This document shows positions 46,081-54,303 of a stretch of 64,000 nt of DNA, one piece after another. The DNA is from Gemmatimonadales bacterium (GTDB lineage: Bacteria; Gemmatimonadota; Gemmatimonadetes; Gemmatimonadales; GWC2-71-9): NCBI GenBank assembly GCA_035538515.1, contig DATLKF010000007.1, positions 131,438 through 195,437 on the forward strand, given 5' to 3'. The notes below the pieces were generated by a model. It worked only from the letters and a program-made list of their open reading frames with translations. It was not told the DNA's origin and did not search any database. Within the stretch, counting starts at the first letter, position 1. Each line of letters opens with the position of its first letter. Both the position numbers and the translations under genes were made by a program.

Positions 46081-46850
46081 AGCTTATCGACGCCCACTGC
46101 CATCTCGGCGATGGGGCGTTCGATCGGGATCGGGATGCGGTGCTCGCGCGAGCGCGCGAGGCCGGCGTGCGTCACGTCGTGGTGATCGGGGGGACCCTGG
46201 CCGAGAGCGAGCGCGCCGCCCTGCTGGCGCGGTCTCGCCCCGGGCTCTCCGCCACGGCGGGTGTGCACCCCCACGAAGCGCAGCACTGGTCGGCCGATAC
46301 GGCCACCCGCCTCGGAGACCTGCTGGCGCTACCCGAAGTGGTGGCTGTGGGCGAGACCGGTCTCGACTACCATTACGACCATTCGCCCCGCGACGCACAA
46401 CGGCGTGCCTTCGAGGCCCACCTGGCGCTGGCGAGCGAGCTCGGGAAGCCGGTGGTCGTGCACGCTCGCGAAGCCGACGACGACATCGCCGCGATGCTCA
46501 AGGGCGCGACGGCACCCGTAATACTGCACTCGTTCAACTCGGGGCTACGTGTATTCGAGGCGGGGATGGCAATCGGGGCCTACTTCTCGTATTCCGGGAT
46601 GATCACGTTCCGAAACTGGAGCCCCGCCGTCCGACCGTCCGACTGTCCGATGGACCGTCTATTGGTCGAGACCGACGGTCCGTATCTTGCTCCCGAACCG
46701 CACCGCGGCCAGCGCAACGAGCCGGGCCTGGTGCGCCTGGTGGCCGAGGCGCTCGCCCGGGCGCGCGGTGAGCCGGTTGCGAGCATCGAGCGGGGCACCA
46801 CGGCCAACGCCCGCCGACTGTTCGGCGCGCGGCTGGCGATCACCCTCTAG
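46044..46850 (+). CDS. tatD: TatD-family metal-dependent hydrolase
   Basis: LIDAHCHL, GETGLDYHY, VVHAREA and LLVETDGPYLAP motifs. The only in-frame start upstream of HCH is GTG 46044, inside the palindrome loop. Confidence 0.85.
   Translation: MTPDTGPRTPVTELIDAHCHLGDGAFDRDRDAVLARAREAGVRHVVVIGGTLAESERAALLARSRPGLSATAGVHPHEAQHWSADTATRLGDLLALPEVVAVGETGLDYHYDHSPRDAQRRAFEAHLALASELGKPVVVHAREADDDIAAMLKGATAPVILHSFNSGLRVFEAGMAIGAYFSYSGMITFRNWSPAVRPSDCPMDRLLVETDGPYLAPEPHRGQRNEPGLVRLVAEALARARGEPVASIERGTTANARRLFGARLAITL
46627..46650. repeat. Three in-frame octamer repeats (CCGTCCGA CCGTCCGA CTGTCCGA) inside tatD
   Basis: Read directly. The 24 nt encode AVRPSDCP just upstream of the conserved LLVETD motif. 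The unit is the same as in the mutL-miaA palindrome. Confidence 0.85.
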
Positions 46851-46862
46851 CCACGAGCAGCC

Positions 46863-48545
46863 GTGACCACGACGGCCAAAGTCCCCACCGACATCGCGAT
46901 CGCCCAAGCGGCGAAGCTCCGCCCCGTGGCCGACATCGCCGCCGAGCTTGGGCTCCACGACGACGAGCTGGAGCTGTACGGCAAGTACAAGGCAAAGGTG
47001 CCGCTGCGGGCGCTGGAGCGCCGCAAGCCGAAGGGCCGGTTGGTGCTCGTCACCGGCATCAACCCCACGCCGGCGGGAGAGGGGAAGTCCACGGTGACGG
47101 TTGGGGTGACGCAGGCGCTGCGCCGGATCGGAGCGCAGGCGGCGCTGTGTATTCGGGAGCCGTCGCTGGGTCCGGTGTTCGGGGTGAAGGGCGGCGCGGC
47201 GGGCGGCGGCTACGCCCAGGTCGTGCCGATGGAGGACATCAACCTGCACTTCACCGGCGACTTCCACGCCGTCGCGAGCGCGCACAACCTTCTCTCGGCG
47301 ATGCTCGACTCGCATCTGCACCACGGCAACGCCCTCGGGCTCGACACGCGCCGCATCACGTGGCCGCGGACGATCGACATGAACGACCGCGCGCTGCGCA
47401 ACGTCATCGTGGGTTTGGGCGGGTTGAACGCCGGCCCCGCGCGCGAAGAGCGCTTCGTGATCATTCCAGGCTCCGAGATCATGGCCATCCTGGCGTTGGC
47501 GACCGGCTTCGCCGATCTGGAGCAGCGGCTGGCGCGCATCATCGTCGGTGTCACCGGCGCGAAGCAGGCGGTGCGCGCCAGTGACTTGAAGGCGCACGGC
47601 GCCATGACGCTGCTGCTCAAGGACGCCATCAATCCCAACCTGGTGCAGACGCTCGAGGGCGGCCCCGCGTTCATTCACTGCGGCCCGTTCGGCAACATCG
47701 CCCACGGCTGCAACTCGGTCGTGGCGACCAAGCTCGCGCTCACGCTGTGCGACGTGGTCCTCACCGAGGCGGGGTTCGGCGCCGACCTCGGCGCGGAGAA
47801 GTTCTTCGACATCAAGTGTCGCATGGCGGGCCTGAACCCCGAAGCGGCGATCGTCGTCGCCACGGTGCGCGCCCTCAAGATGCACGGCGGCGTGAAGAAA
47901 GACGCCCTGGGCGCACCCGACGTGGCCGCAGTGCGGCGCGGGTCGGCCAACCTGCTGCGTCACGTCAGGAATGTGAAGCGGTTCGGGATGCCGTTGGTGG
48001 TGGCGCTCAACCGGTTCGTGACCGACACCGAGCCCGAGCTCGACGCCGTGCAGGCGGCGTGCGCCGCGGAAGACGTCGGAGTCGAGCTATGTGAGGTGTG
48101 GGAAAAGGGCGGGGAAGGCGGCGTCGCCGTCGCCGAGGCGGTGCTCAAGCTCCTCGAGGGCCGCTCAGCCCGGTTCAAGCCGCTGTATGACGTGGCCCGT
48201 CCCATTCGGGAGAAGATCGAGACCATCGCCAAAGAGATTTACGGTGCCGGGGCCGTGGCCTTCGCGCCCGCGGCGGAGCGGGCGCTCGGGCAGCTGGCGG
48301 CGCTCGGGCTGGGTGCGACGCCGGTGTGCATGGCGAAAACGCAGTACTCCTTCTCAGACGACCCCACCCAACTCGGCGCGCCCAGCGGCTTCACCCTTCA
48401 TGTCCGGGACATTCTGCCCGCGGCCGGCGCGGGGTTCGTGGTCGCCCTGGCGGGCGACATCATGACAATGCCGGGCCTATCGAAGGCGCCCGCCGCGGAG
48501 AAGATTCGAGTTCACCCGGACGGCACGATCGAGGGACTCTTCTGA
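46863..48545 (+). CDS. fhs: formate--tetrahydrofolate ligase
   Basis: 560 aa with the PTPAGEGKST P-loop and full-length FTHFS similarity. Confidence 0.95.
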   Translation: MTTTAKVPTDIAIAQAAKLRPVADIAAELGLHDDELELYGKYKAKVPLRALERRKPKGRLVLVTGINPTPAGEGKSTVTVGVTQALRRIGAQAALCIREPSLGPVFGVKGGAAGGGYAQVVPMEDINLHFTGDFHAVASAHNLLSAMLDSHLHHGNALGLDTRRITWPRTIDMNDRALRNVIVGLGGLNAGPAREERFVIIPGSEIMAILALATGFADLEQRLARIIVGVTGAKQAVRASDLKAHGAMTLLLKDAINPNLVQTLEGGPAFIHCGPFGNIAHGCNSVVATKLALTLCDVVLTEAGFGADLGAEKFFDIKCRMAGLNPEAAIVVATVRALKMHGGVKKDALGAPDVAAVRRGSANLLRHVRNVKRFGMPLVVALNRFVTDTEPELDAVQAACAAEDVGVELCEVWEKGGEGGVAVAEAVLKLLEGRSARFKPLYDVARPIREKIETIAKEIYGAGAVAFAPAAERALGQLAALGLGATPVCMAKTQYSFSDDPTQLGAPSGFTLHVRDILPAAGAGFVVALAGDIMTMPGLSKAPAAEKIRVHPDGTIEGLF

Positions 48546-48937
48546 TGGCACCGAAAGGATGGGTCGTGGTGGCGACCGACGATGCCCCGACGGCGATCGG
48601 CCCGTACAGCCAGGCGGTGACGGTGGAGGGGATGGTCTATACGGCGGGCCAGATCGCGCTCCATCCTACGAGCGGCGAGATCGTCGGCAAGACGACCGCC
48701 GAGCAGGCCGAGCAGGTGCTCAAGAACCTCGCCGCGATCCTCAAGGCCGCGGGCTCGGGGCTCGACCGCGTGATCAAGACCTCGGTCTACTTGATCGACA
48801 TGAGGGATTTTCCCGCGATGAACGAGGTGTACGCGAAGCACTTCGGCGCCCACAAGCCGGCACGCTCGACTATTCAAGCCGCCGCCCTCCCGAAAGGCGT
48901 GCGCGTAGAGATCGACGCGATCGCGAAACTGCGATGA
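48545..48937 (+). CDS. ridA: RidA/YjgF family reactive-intermediate deaminase
   Basis: APTAIGPYSQAV...GQI...P..G......EQ..QVL.NL..IL.AAG and a C-terminal RVEIDAIA. TGATG junction with fhs. Confidence 0.9.
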   Translation: MAPKGWVVVATDDAPTAIGPYSQAVTVEGMVYTAGQIALHPTSGEIVGKTTAEQAEQVLKNLAAILKAAGSGLDRVIKTSVYLIDMRDFPAMNEVYAKHFGAHKPARSTIQAAALPKGVRVEIDAIAKLR

Positions 48938-50370
48938 GAGGGTGGCGCTTGTGCCTCGGCGCCGCGCTCGTCGCGGCGGTCGCAGCCCCCGCGCCGGTCG
49001 TAGCGCAGGACGGGCTCTCCCCAGCCGACCGCCAGCTCGCGCGTGACATCTTCCGCGAGTTGATCGAGATCAACACGACCGACTCGCTGGGCAACACGCC
49101 GCGCGCGGCGCGCGCCATGGCGGCGCGGCTCCGGGTCGCGGGCTTCCCCGCCGCCGATGTGCAGGTGCTCATCGGTCCCGATGCGAGGCACGGAAACCTC
49201 GTGGCCCGCCTTCGCGGCAGCGGCACGGGTGGACGCCCGATCGTGTCGCTCGCGCATCTCGACGTCGTTCCCGCGCGCCGGTCCGATTGGTCGGTCGACC
49301 CCTTCACGCTGCTCGAGCGGGACGGCTATTTCTACGGCCGGGGCACGACCGACGACAAGGTGGGAGACGCGATCCTCGTCGCCGACTTCATCCGGCTGCG
49401 ACGGGAGGGTTTCCGACCCACGCGCGACCTGATCCTGGCGCTCACCGGCGACGAAGAGACCGACGGCAGCTGCATTCAGTGGCTGCTGAAGGCGCACCGT
49501 GACCTCGTCGACGCCGAGTTCGCCCTGAACACCGACGCGGGCGGGGGCGTGCTGCGCGACGGCCGCCGCGTGATGTTCGCGGTGCAAGCCAGTGAGAAGG
49601 TGTACGCGACGTACGTGCTCGAAGCCGTCGACAAGGGCGGGCACAGCTCGTTGCCGCGACCGGCGGAGAACCCGATCTATCGCCTCGCGCCGGTGCTCGA
49701 GCGCCTAGCGCATTATCAGTTTCCCGTCAAGCTGAACGAGGTCTCGCGCGCCTTCTTCGAGCAGTCGGCAGCCATCGAGACCGGTCAATTGGCGGACGAC
49801 ATGCGGGGCGCCCTCAAAGATCCCCCTGACTCCGCAGCCGTGACGCGACTGTCGGCGGTCCCGTTCTACAACTCCAAGCTGCGCACCACCTGCGTTGCCA
49901 CGATGATGGACGCGGGTCACGCCGAGAATGCGCTGCCTCAGTCCGCCCGGGCTACGGTCAACTGCCGTATCCTCCCGGGTGAGCCGGTGGCGGAGGTCGA
50001 GGCCACCTTGCGGCGGCTCGCCGCGGACGATCGCATCACGATCCGCACCACGTATGCGCCGACGCCCAGCCCCGCTTCTCCTCTGACCCCGGCGATCATG
50101 GGGCCGATCGGGCGGCTCGTGGCCGAGCAGTTTCCGAGCGTCCCCGTCGTGCCGTTCATGGAGGCGGGTGCCACCGACGGGTTGTTCCTCCGCAACGCCG
50201 GCATTCCCACGTACGGTGTGTCGGCCGTGTTCGAGGACCAGAACGACGTGCGGGCGCACGGCCGCGACGAGCGGATCCGCGTGGAGAGCTTCTACGAGGC
50301 GCTCCAGTTCTGGTACCGGATGATGCGTGTCCTGGCCGGCGCGGAGAAAGGGGAGCGAAGTGCCGGGTAA
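48934..50370 (+). CDS. secreted M20-family metallopeptidase
   Basis: Signal peptide ending VVAQ. HLDVVPA, GRGTTDDK and GDEE motifs of the M20/M25/M40 clan. ATGA overlap with ridA. Confidence 0.8.
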   Translation: MRGWRLCLGAALVAAVAAPAPVVAQDGLSPADRQLARDIFRELIEINTTDSLGNTPRAARAMAARLRVAGFPAADVQVLIGPDARHGNLVARLRGSGTGGRPIVSLAHLDVVPARRSDWSVDPFTLLERDGYFYGRGTTDDKVGDAILVADFIRLRREGFRPTRDLILALTGDEETDGSCIQWLLKAHRDLVDAEFALNTDAGGGVLRDGRRVMFAVQASEKVYATYVLEAVDKGGHSSLPRPAENPIYRLAPVLERLAHYQFPVKLNEVSRAFFEQSAAIETGQLADDMRGALKDPPDSAAVTRLSAVPFYNSKLRTTCVATMMDAGHAENALPQSARATVNCRILPGEPVAEVEATLRRLAADDRITIRTTYAPTPSPASPLTPAIMGPIGRLVAEQFPSVPVVPFMEAGATDGLFLRNAGIPTYGVSAVFEDQNDVRAHGRDERIRVESFYEALQFWYRMMRVLAGAEKGERSAG

Positions 50371-51607
50371 GGCGACGCGGTTCCGCGCGCCGGGCGGCGC
50401 GCCGGATCCACGCACTCCCGACGAGCCGGCCGAGCCCGTCTATCGTGACCGGCCGATCCCGGTTGCGGCCTCGATCTTGTGGACGCCTATCGACCGGGGG
50501 GAGCCGCCCGGCGCCCAGCCGACTCTTCCGATCTTCATCAGTCAGCAGGTCCTCATCGCCCTGCACGATCACTACGTCGCGACCGGCGGAGCGTGCTCCG
50601 GGTTGTTGGGCGGGGATCTGTTTCGATCCCCGGACTCGGCCGCCCTCTACCTCGTGGTAGAGTCGACCATCCGCCTGCCCACAGTAAGGGGCCAGGATGC
50701 CAAAGCGGCGCTGGTGCAGGGGTGGGTGGCCGCGCTGGACCAGCTCCAGCACAGCGGAGTCCAGCTGGTCGGTTGGTATCGCATCGTTAATTCCACGGCG
50801 CTGGAGCTGTCGCCTGCGGAGCTCGAGGCCCACGCGGCCCTGTTCAGGCAGCCCTGGCAGATCGTGGTGACGGAGGCCTTGGGCACGCCACCCGTCGGTG
50901 GCGTGTACCGCCCGGTAGGGGAGAGCTCGTCCGCAGCGACGCGCCTGCCGTTCTTCGAGCTGATCGAGGCGTCCACGAGCTCCGCTGCCGGGCGCAAGCA
51001 GACGCGTCTCACGTGGACGAACTACCGCAGCGACGTGGCGACGTTCTTCCCCGCCGTCACGAAATCGACTCCGGCCCCCTCGCGGCCCGCCCCCGCCCCC
51101 GCCCCCTTGGTCATCCTACCGGATCAGGACGATGACGCTCCGCCCCCGGTGCCGGCGGTGGGCGTGGGGACCCTGCGGCGCCTGGCACAACGCCGCGCAG
51201 TACGCGTGGCGACCGTCGCAACCGGCGGTGTGGTCGCGGCGATCGGCTTGCTGCGAGCATTCCTCGGGTCGCCGGTCGTCGCACCGCCACCGCCCACGAT
51301 CGCCCCGGTCGCGTCGCCGACTGTCGCCTCGCCCCGGGAACGGTTGGACCGCGCGGGCGACACCTTGGCGCTGGCGATCGCCGCGTTCGAGCTTCGGTAC
51401 CGGCTCTTTTCCAGTCGTCAAATGCAGTGTCCGGAGCTGGCGCGCGGGCTCGTCCTGGTCGAAGAGCGGTGGGCGGCATACAACGCCATTCGCAAAAACG
51501 GAGGCGTCGTGCTCGACTCCGCGCGCACCGCGCGCGATCGCGCGCTCTATGCCGACGCGGATGCGGTGGAGCGGCGATTCGAGAGCTCCGGCTGTCCCCG
51601 CCCGTGA
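50360..51607 (+). CDS. hypothetical membrane protein with a degenerate MPN/JAB-like N-terminal domain
   Basis: GTG 50360 follows GGAG/AGGGGAG. The N-terminal domain has an MPN-like layout (LGG......LVVE......VGWYR) but lacks the HxH/JAMM residues. One TM helix and a C-terminal helical domain. Tentative. Confidence 0.5.
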   Translation: MPGKATRFRAPGGAPDPRTPDEPAEPVYRDRPIPVAASILWTPIDRGEPPGAQPTLPIFISQQVLIALHDHYVATGGACSGLLGGDLFRSPDSAALYLVVESTIRLPTVRGQDAKAALVQGWVAALDQLQHSGVQLVGWYRIVNSTALELSPAELEAHAALFRQPWQIVVTEALGTPPVGGVYRPVGESSSAATRLPFFELIEASTSSAAGRKQTRLTWTNYRSDVATFFPAVTKSTPAPSRPAPAPAPLVILPDQDDDAPPPVPAVGVGTLRRLAQRRAVRVATVATGGVVAAIGLLRAFLGSPVVAPPPPTIAPVASPTVASPRERLDRAGDTLALAIAAFELRYRLFSSRQMQCPELARGLVLVEERWAAYNAIRKNGGVVLDSARTARDRALYADADAVERRFESSGCPRP

Positions 51608-52869
51608 AGCGCCATCTCTTCGTGCTCGGCATGCTCGCGACCGCGCTGCCGTGGACGGGGAGCGCACAGGGGTCGCAGCCGCTCCGCAAGACGGATCTCA
51701 TCCGTCTGCTGTCGAACCCCCTCATCTCGAAGCGTGAAGTCGCGGAGCTGATCAGCCGCAACTGCATCGCCTTTCGCCCGACGACCCGAGATTGGGCCGA
51801 CCTGAGAGACTTCGGTGCCAGTCCGGAGGTGTTGAGCAGCATCAGCGGCTGCGCGACGGCGCGAGCGGTGAGCTCCCCCGCCTCCCTGCCGCCGCTCGCG
51901 GCGACGGTGCTCACGGAGCGCGTGAGCGTCACCGTCGGCGGCAGCGTCCTCGCCCGTGTCCAGGTCAAGCGAGGCGACGTTCCTCAATCGGGCATCCCAC
52001 TCGTCCTGCGAGGCAGCGCGCAGATTCCTGGTGGACCCGCGCAGGACGCGCGAGCGACGACCGCCCCGGGCGGTGTCGCCGTGTTTCAATTCCCGGTGGG
52101 TGGCGTGCCGGGAACCTACCGGCTGGATGTGATTACCGGCGGAGGGCACGCGTTGCCCGGAGCCGCGCCGGTGGAGATCGTCGTGAGCGCCGCGAAGCCG
52201 GCCCCCGCCCAGGTACAACCCTCTCCCGGTGAGCCGATCGGTGCCCTCCCGTCGGTCGCGGCGCCTGCCACGACGGAGTTCCTGTCGGGCGTCGGCCGGC
52301 ACGCCGTGGCGGGCGCGCGGCTGGGGGAGCCGCTGATCCTACGGGTCCGGAACAGCACGGGCGCGCCACTCGCGGGAAGAGTCATCACCGTCCGCGCCGT
52401 GAACGCGGGGGTAACCTCGGACAGCGTTGTCACCGACTCAGGTGGACTCGCCCGCATCGAGGTCACCGCGGGCAAGCAGGCGGGTCCGGCGCTCGTGACC
52501 GCTCGGGTAGATTCAGTCGAGAAGCAGGCGTCGCTGGTGGTCGATCCGGCGGGCCCCGTGGGGGTCGTCATCGAGCGGGAGGGCTCGCGCGTGGATGGCG
52601 GGACCATCACTGTTCCTGAGGGCCAGCCGTTCCGAGTGAGGGTGTCGCCGCGAGACGCATACGGCAACGCGGTGTCCACCGCCGATCTGGCCCCGTTGAT
52701 TCAGCAGTTGCGCGGCAGCTTCAACATTCGGTCACGGCTCTTGAAGCTGACCGACGTGACGGCCGACGGCGCGAGCGCGCTGGTGACCTTCACGCCGCTG
52801 GGCGCCGGTGAGGTGAACCTGTCGATCGCGGGCGCGACCGTGTCGGTTCAAATCGTCGCAACCCGCTAG
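51604..52869 (+). CDS. secreted protein with bacterial Ig-like (Big/invasin-type) repeats
   Basis: GTGA overlap with the upstream gene. Signal peptide ending GSAQG. C-terminal repeats of beta-rich segments (VTVGGS..A.V.V.., VTDSGGLARIEVTAG). Confidence 0.6.
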   Translation: MKRHLFVLGMLATALPWTGSAQGSQPLRKTDLIRLLSNPLISKREVAELISRNCIAFRPTTRDWADLRDFGASPEVLSSISGCATARAVSSPASLPPLAATVLTERVSVTVGGSVLARVQVKRGDVPQSGIPLVLRGSAQIPGGPAQDARATTAPGGVAVFQFPVGGVPGTYRLDVITGGGHALPGAAPVEIVVSAAKPAPAQVQPSPGEPIGALPSVAAPATTEFLSGVGRHAVAGARLGEPLILRVRNSTGAPLAGRVITVRAVNAGVTSDSVVTDSGGLARIEVTAGKQAGPALVTARVDSVEKQASLVVDPAGPVGVVIEREGSRVDGGTITVPEGQPFRVRVSPRDAYGNAVSTADLAPLIQQLRGSFNIRSRLLKLTDVTADGASALVTFTPLGAGEVNLSIAGATVSVQIVATR

Positions 52870-52987
52870 GGATTCTCTGCACAAGTCGCGTGGTGCACAG
52901 TGCCGCGGTGCATGTTTCGGTGCGCCCTCGCGTGTAGGCGCCCAGCGTCCCACCCCGGCACCAGGTTCCCCTTGCGCAGAGATTCCC
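52869..52987. repeat. 17-bp imperfect inverted repeat spanning a convergent intergenic region
   Basis: GGGATTCTCTGCACAAG (52869-52885) pairs with CTTGCGCAGAGATTCCC (52971-52987) at 15 of 17 positions, with an 85-nt loop. Confidence 0.6.
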
Positions 52988-52997
52988 GAGTCGGTCC

Positions 52998-53405
52998 TTA
53001 GCCGGTTGAAGCGGTGTGGTCGGCGGCGTGGACCACAGAGTCCAGCCACCTCGCCAGCTGTTGGAAGCTGAAGGGCTTGCGAAACAGGGTGCAGGGGTTG
53101 CGCCGCACCCAGGCGCGAACGTCGGCAGCGTCGGCGTCGCCGCTCATCAACGCGATCCGGCCTTCGAGCCGGGGCCAGCGGCGGCTGATGGCGAGCGACA
53201 GCGCGAGCCCCGACATAGTCGGGAGTCGCACGTCCAACAGCACCGCCGTGACCGATTCCGCGCCGAGTAGTCGATACGCGGCATCGGGATCGCCGGTGCT
53301 CAGGACGTGATAGCCGACGCTCCTCAGCACGCTTTCGAGCGAGCTGCGCAGCGTAGCGTCGTCGTCGACGATCAGGACGGCGTGCAGTTTGGGCATCCTG
53401 AGCAT
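52998..53405 (-). CDS. single-domain response regulator (receiver)
   Basis: VLIVDDD...LLDVRLPTMSG......MSG....KPF pattern. 135 aa. Confidence 0.8.
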   Translation of the reverse strand: MLRMPKLHAVLIVDDDATLRSSLESVLRSVGYHVLSTGDPDAAYRLLGAESVTAVLLDVRLPTMSGLALSLAISRRWPRLEGRIALMSGDADAADVRAWVRRNPCTLFRKPFSFQQLARWLDSVVHAADHTASTG

Positions 53406-53467
53406 AACATAATACTGCGAGGTGCCGCGGACCCGGCGGAGCGCGTAAGTTCAAGCGTGGCATAGCT

Positions 53468-53561
53468 GGGGGCGGATCGGGCCTGGTGGTCTGACTGGTC
53501 TTCAAAACCAGTTGGGGTCCGTTTGGACCTCGGTAGGTTCGATTCCTACCCGCTCCCGCCA
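53468..53561 (+). tRNA. selC: tRNA-Sec (anticodon TCA)
   Basis: Folded by hand. 8-bp acceptor stem (GGGGGCGG/CCGCTCCC with one G-U). 6-bp D stem with loop TGGT. Anticodon stem CTGGT/ACCAG with loop CTTCAAA. Long variable arm (GGGGTCC-GTTT-GGACCTC). 5-bp T stem GTAGG/CCTAC with TTCGATT, discriminator G and encoded CCA. Close to my recollection of E. coli selC. Confidence 0.9.
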
Positions 53562-53584
53562 CCCGCCCTCCGAGCGCGCGTTAC

Positions 53585-53962
53585 CTGACTCGGGCTGGGC
53601 GACTCTTCAATGCTGCACCCCACTCCCTGGAGAGTACCCTGGAAGCCGCCATCACCGAGCTCAGCGCCGACCGGGCCCTGATAGCCAGGACGGCCGCTGG
53701 CGACCGCCGAGCCTGGGACCAGCTGTGCAACCGGCACTCCCTGCTCCTCTTCGCGTACGCGTGCGATACCGTAGGCGATCCGGAGCAGGCTGAGGAGATC
53801 GTGACAGAAACGCTCCAGGAAGCCTGGTGCTCGGCGGCCCAATTTGACTTGACGGGGGACCGCGATCCGGCTTCCTGGCTGCTTGGTCTGGCGCGCGGCA
53901 TCTGTCGGCGCGCCATCGATGCTGAGGTCGCAGGCACGTCCCGCCCCCGCCCCATGCGGTGA
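53585..53962 (+). pseudogene. ECF sigma factor fragment (region 2 only; no canonical start, region 4 missing)
   Basis: The frame-2 translation ...ALIARTAAGDRRAWDQLCNRHSLLLFAYACDTVGDPEQAEEIVTETLQEAWCSAAQF......SWLLGLARGICRRAID is a sigma70 region 2. There is no ATG/GTG/TTG upstream of it (only CTG 53585). The stop TGA 53960-53962 abuts the tRNA-derived repeat. Confidence 0.5.
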
Positions 53963-53970
53963 AGCCATCC

Positions 53971-54018
53971 GGGGTCCTGTTGGACCTCGATGGGTTCGAT
54001 TCCTCCCCGCTCCCGCCA
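53971..54018 (+). repeat. Direct repeat of the 3' half of tRNA-Sec (att-like scar)
   Basis: GGGGTCCTGTTGGACCTCGATGGGTTCGATTCCTCCCCGCTCCCGCCA matches tRNA positions 53514-53561, with 5 differences counted by eye. Confidence 0.85.
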
Positions 54019-54303
54019 CGCCGTGTCGCATGCAAGCGACAGGCGTGCTCTCGGTGCGCCTCACAATCGGCAGGTCCTGCGACGCATGTCGCACCGCGTG
54101 GTGGCATCGAGTTTGCGTGGTCAGGAAGCGGCCCGCAGGAGTGGGACCGCGCCCCCGTCTTCGCTCGGCCTTGAGGAACGAGGACCGGATTGCGGGTTCG
54201 CGGCCACTCCCTGCGGCGCCGCCAGCGCCCGCCCGCCGCACGCCGTTCGCGGAAAACGCCGCTGTCCGGTATGTTGTCCGCTCCTCGACCAGGAGCCGCC
54301 GGC

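Noticed and set aside
53546-54241. ORFs running through the tRNA-Sec region: 52732..53562(-), 53512..53793(+), 53546..54241(-) and 53661..54584(-).
   Set aside because: They overlap the tRNA and its repeat. The similar peptide strings in two of them merely reflect the duplicated tRNA 3' half. No family features are present.
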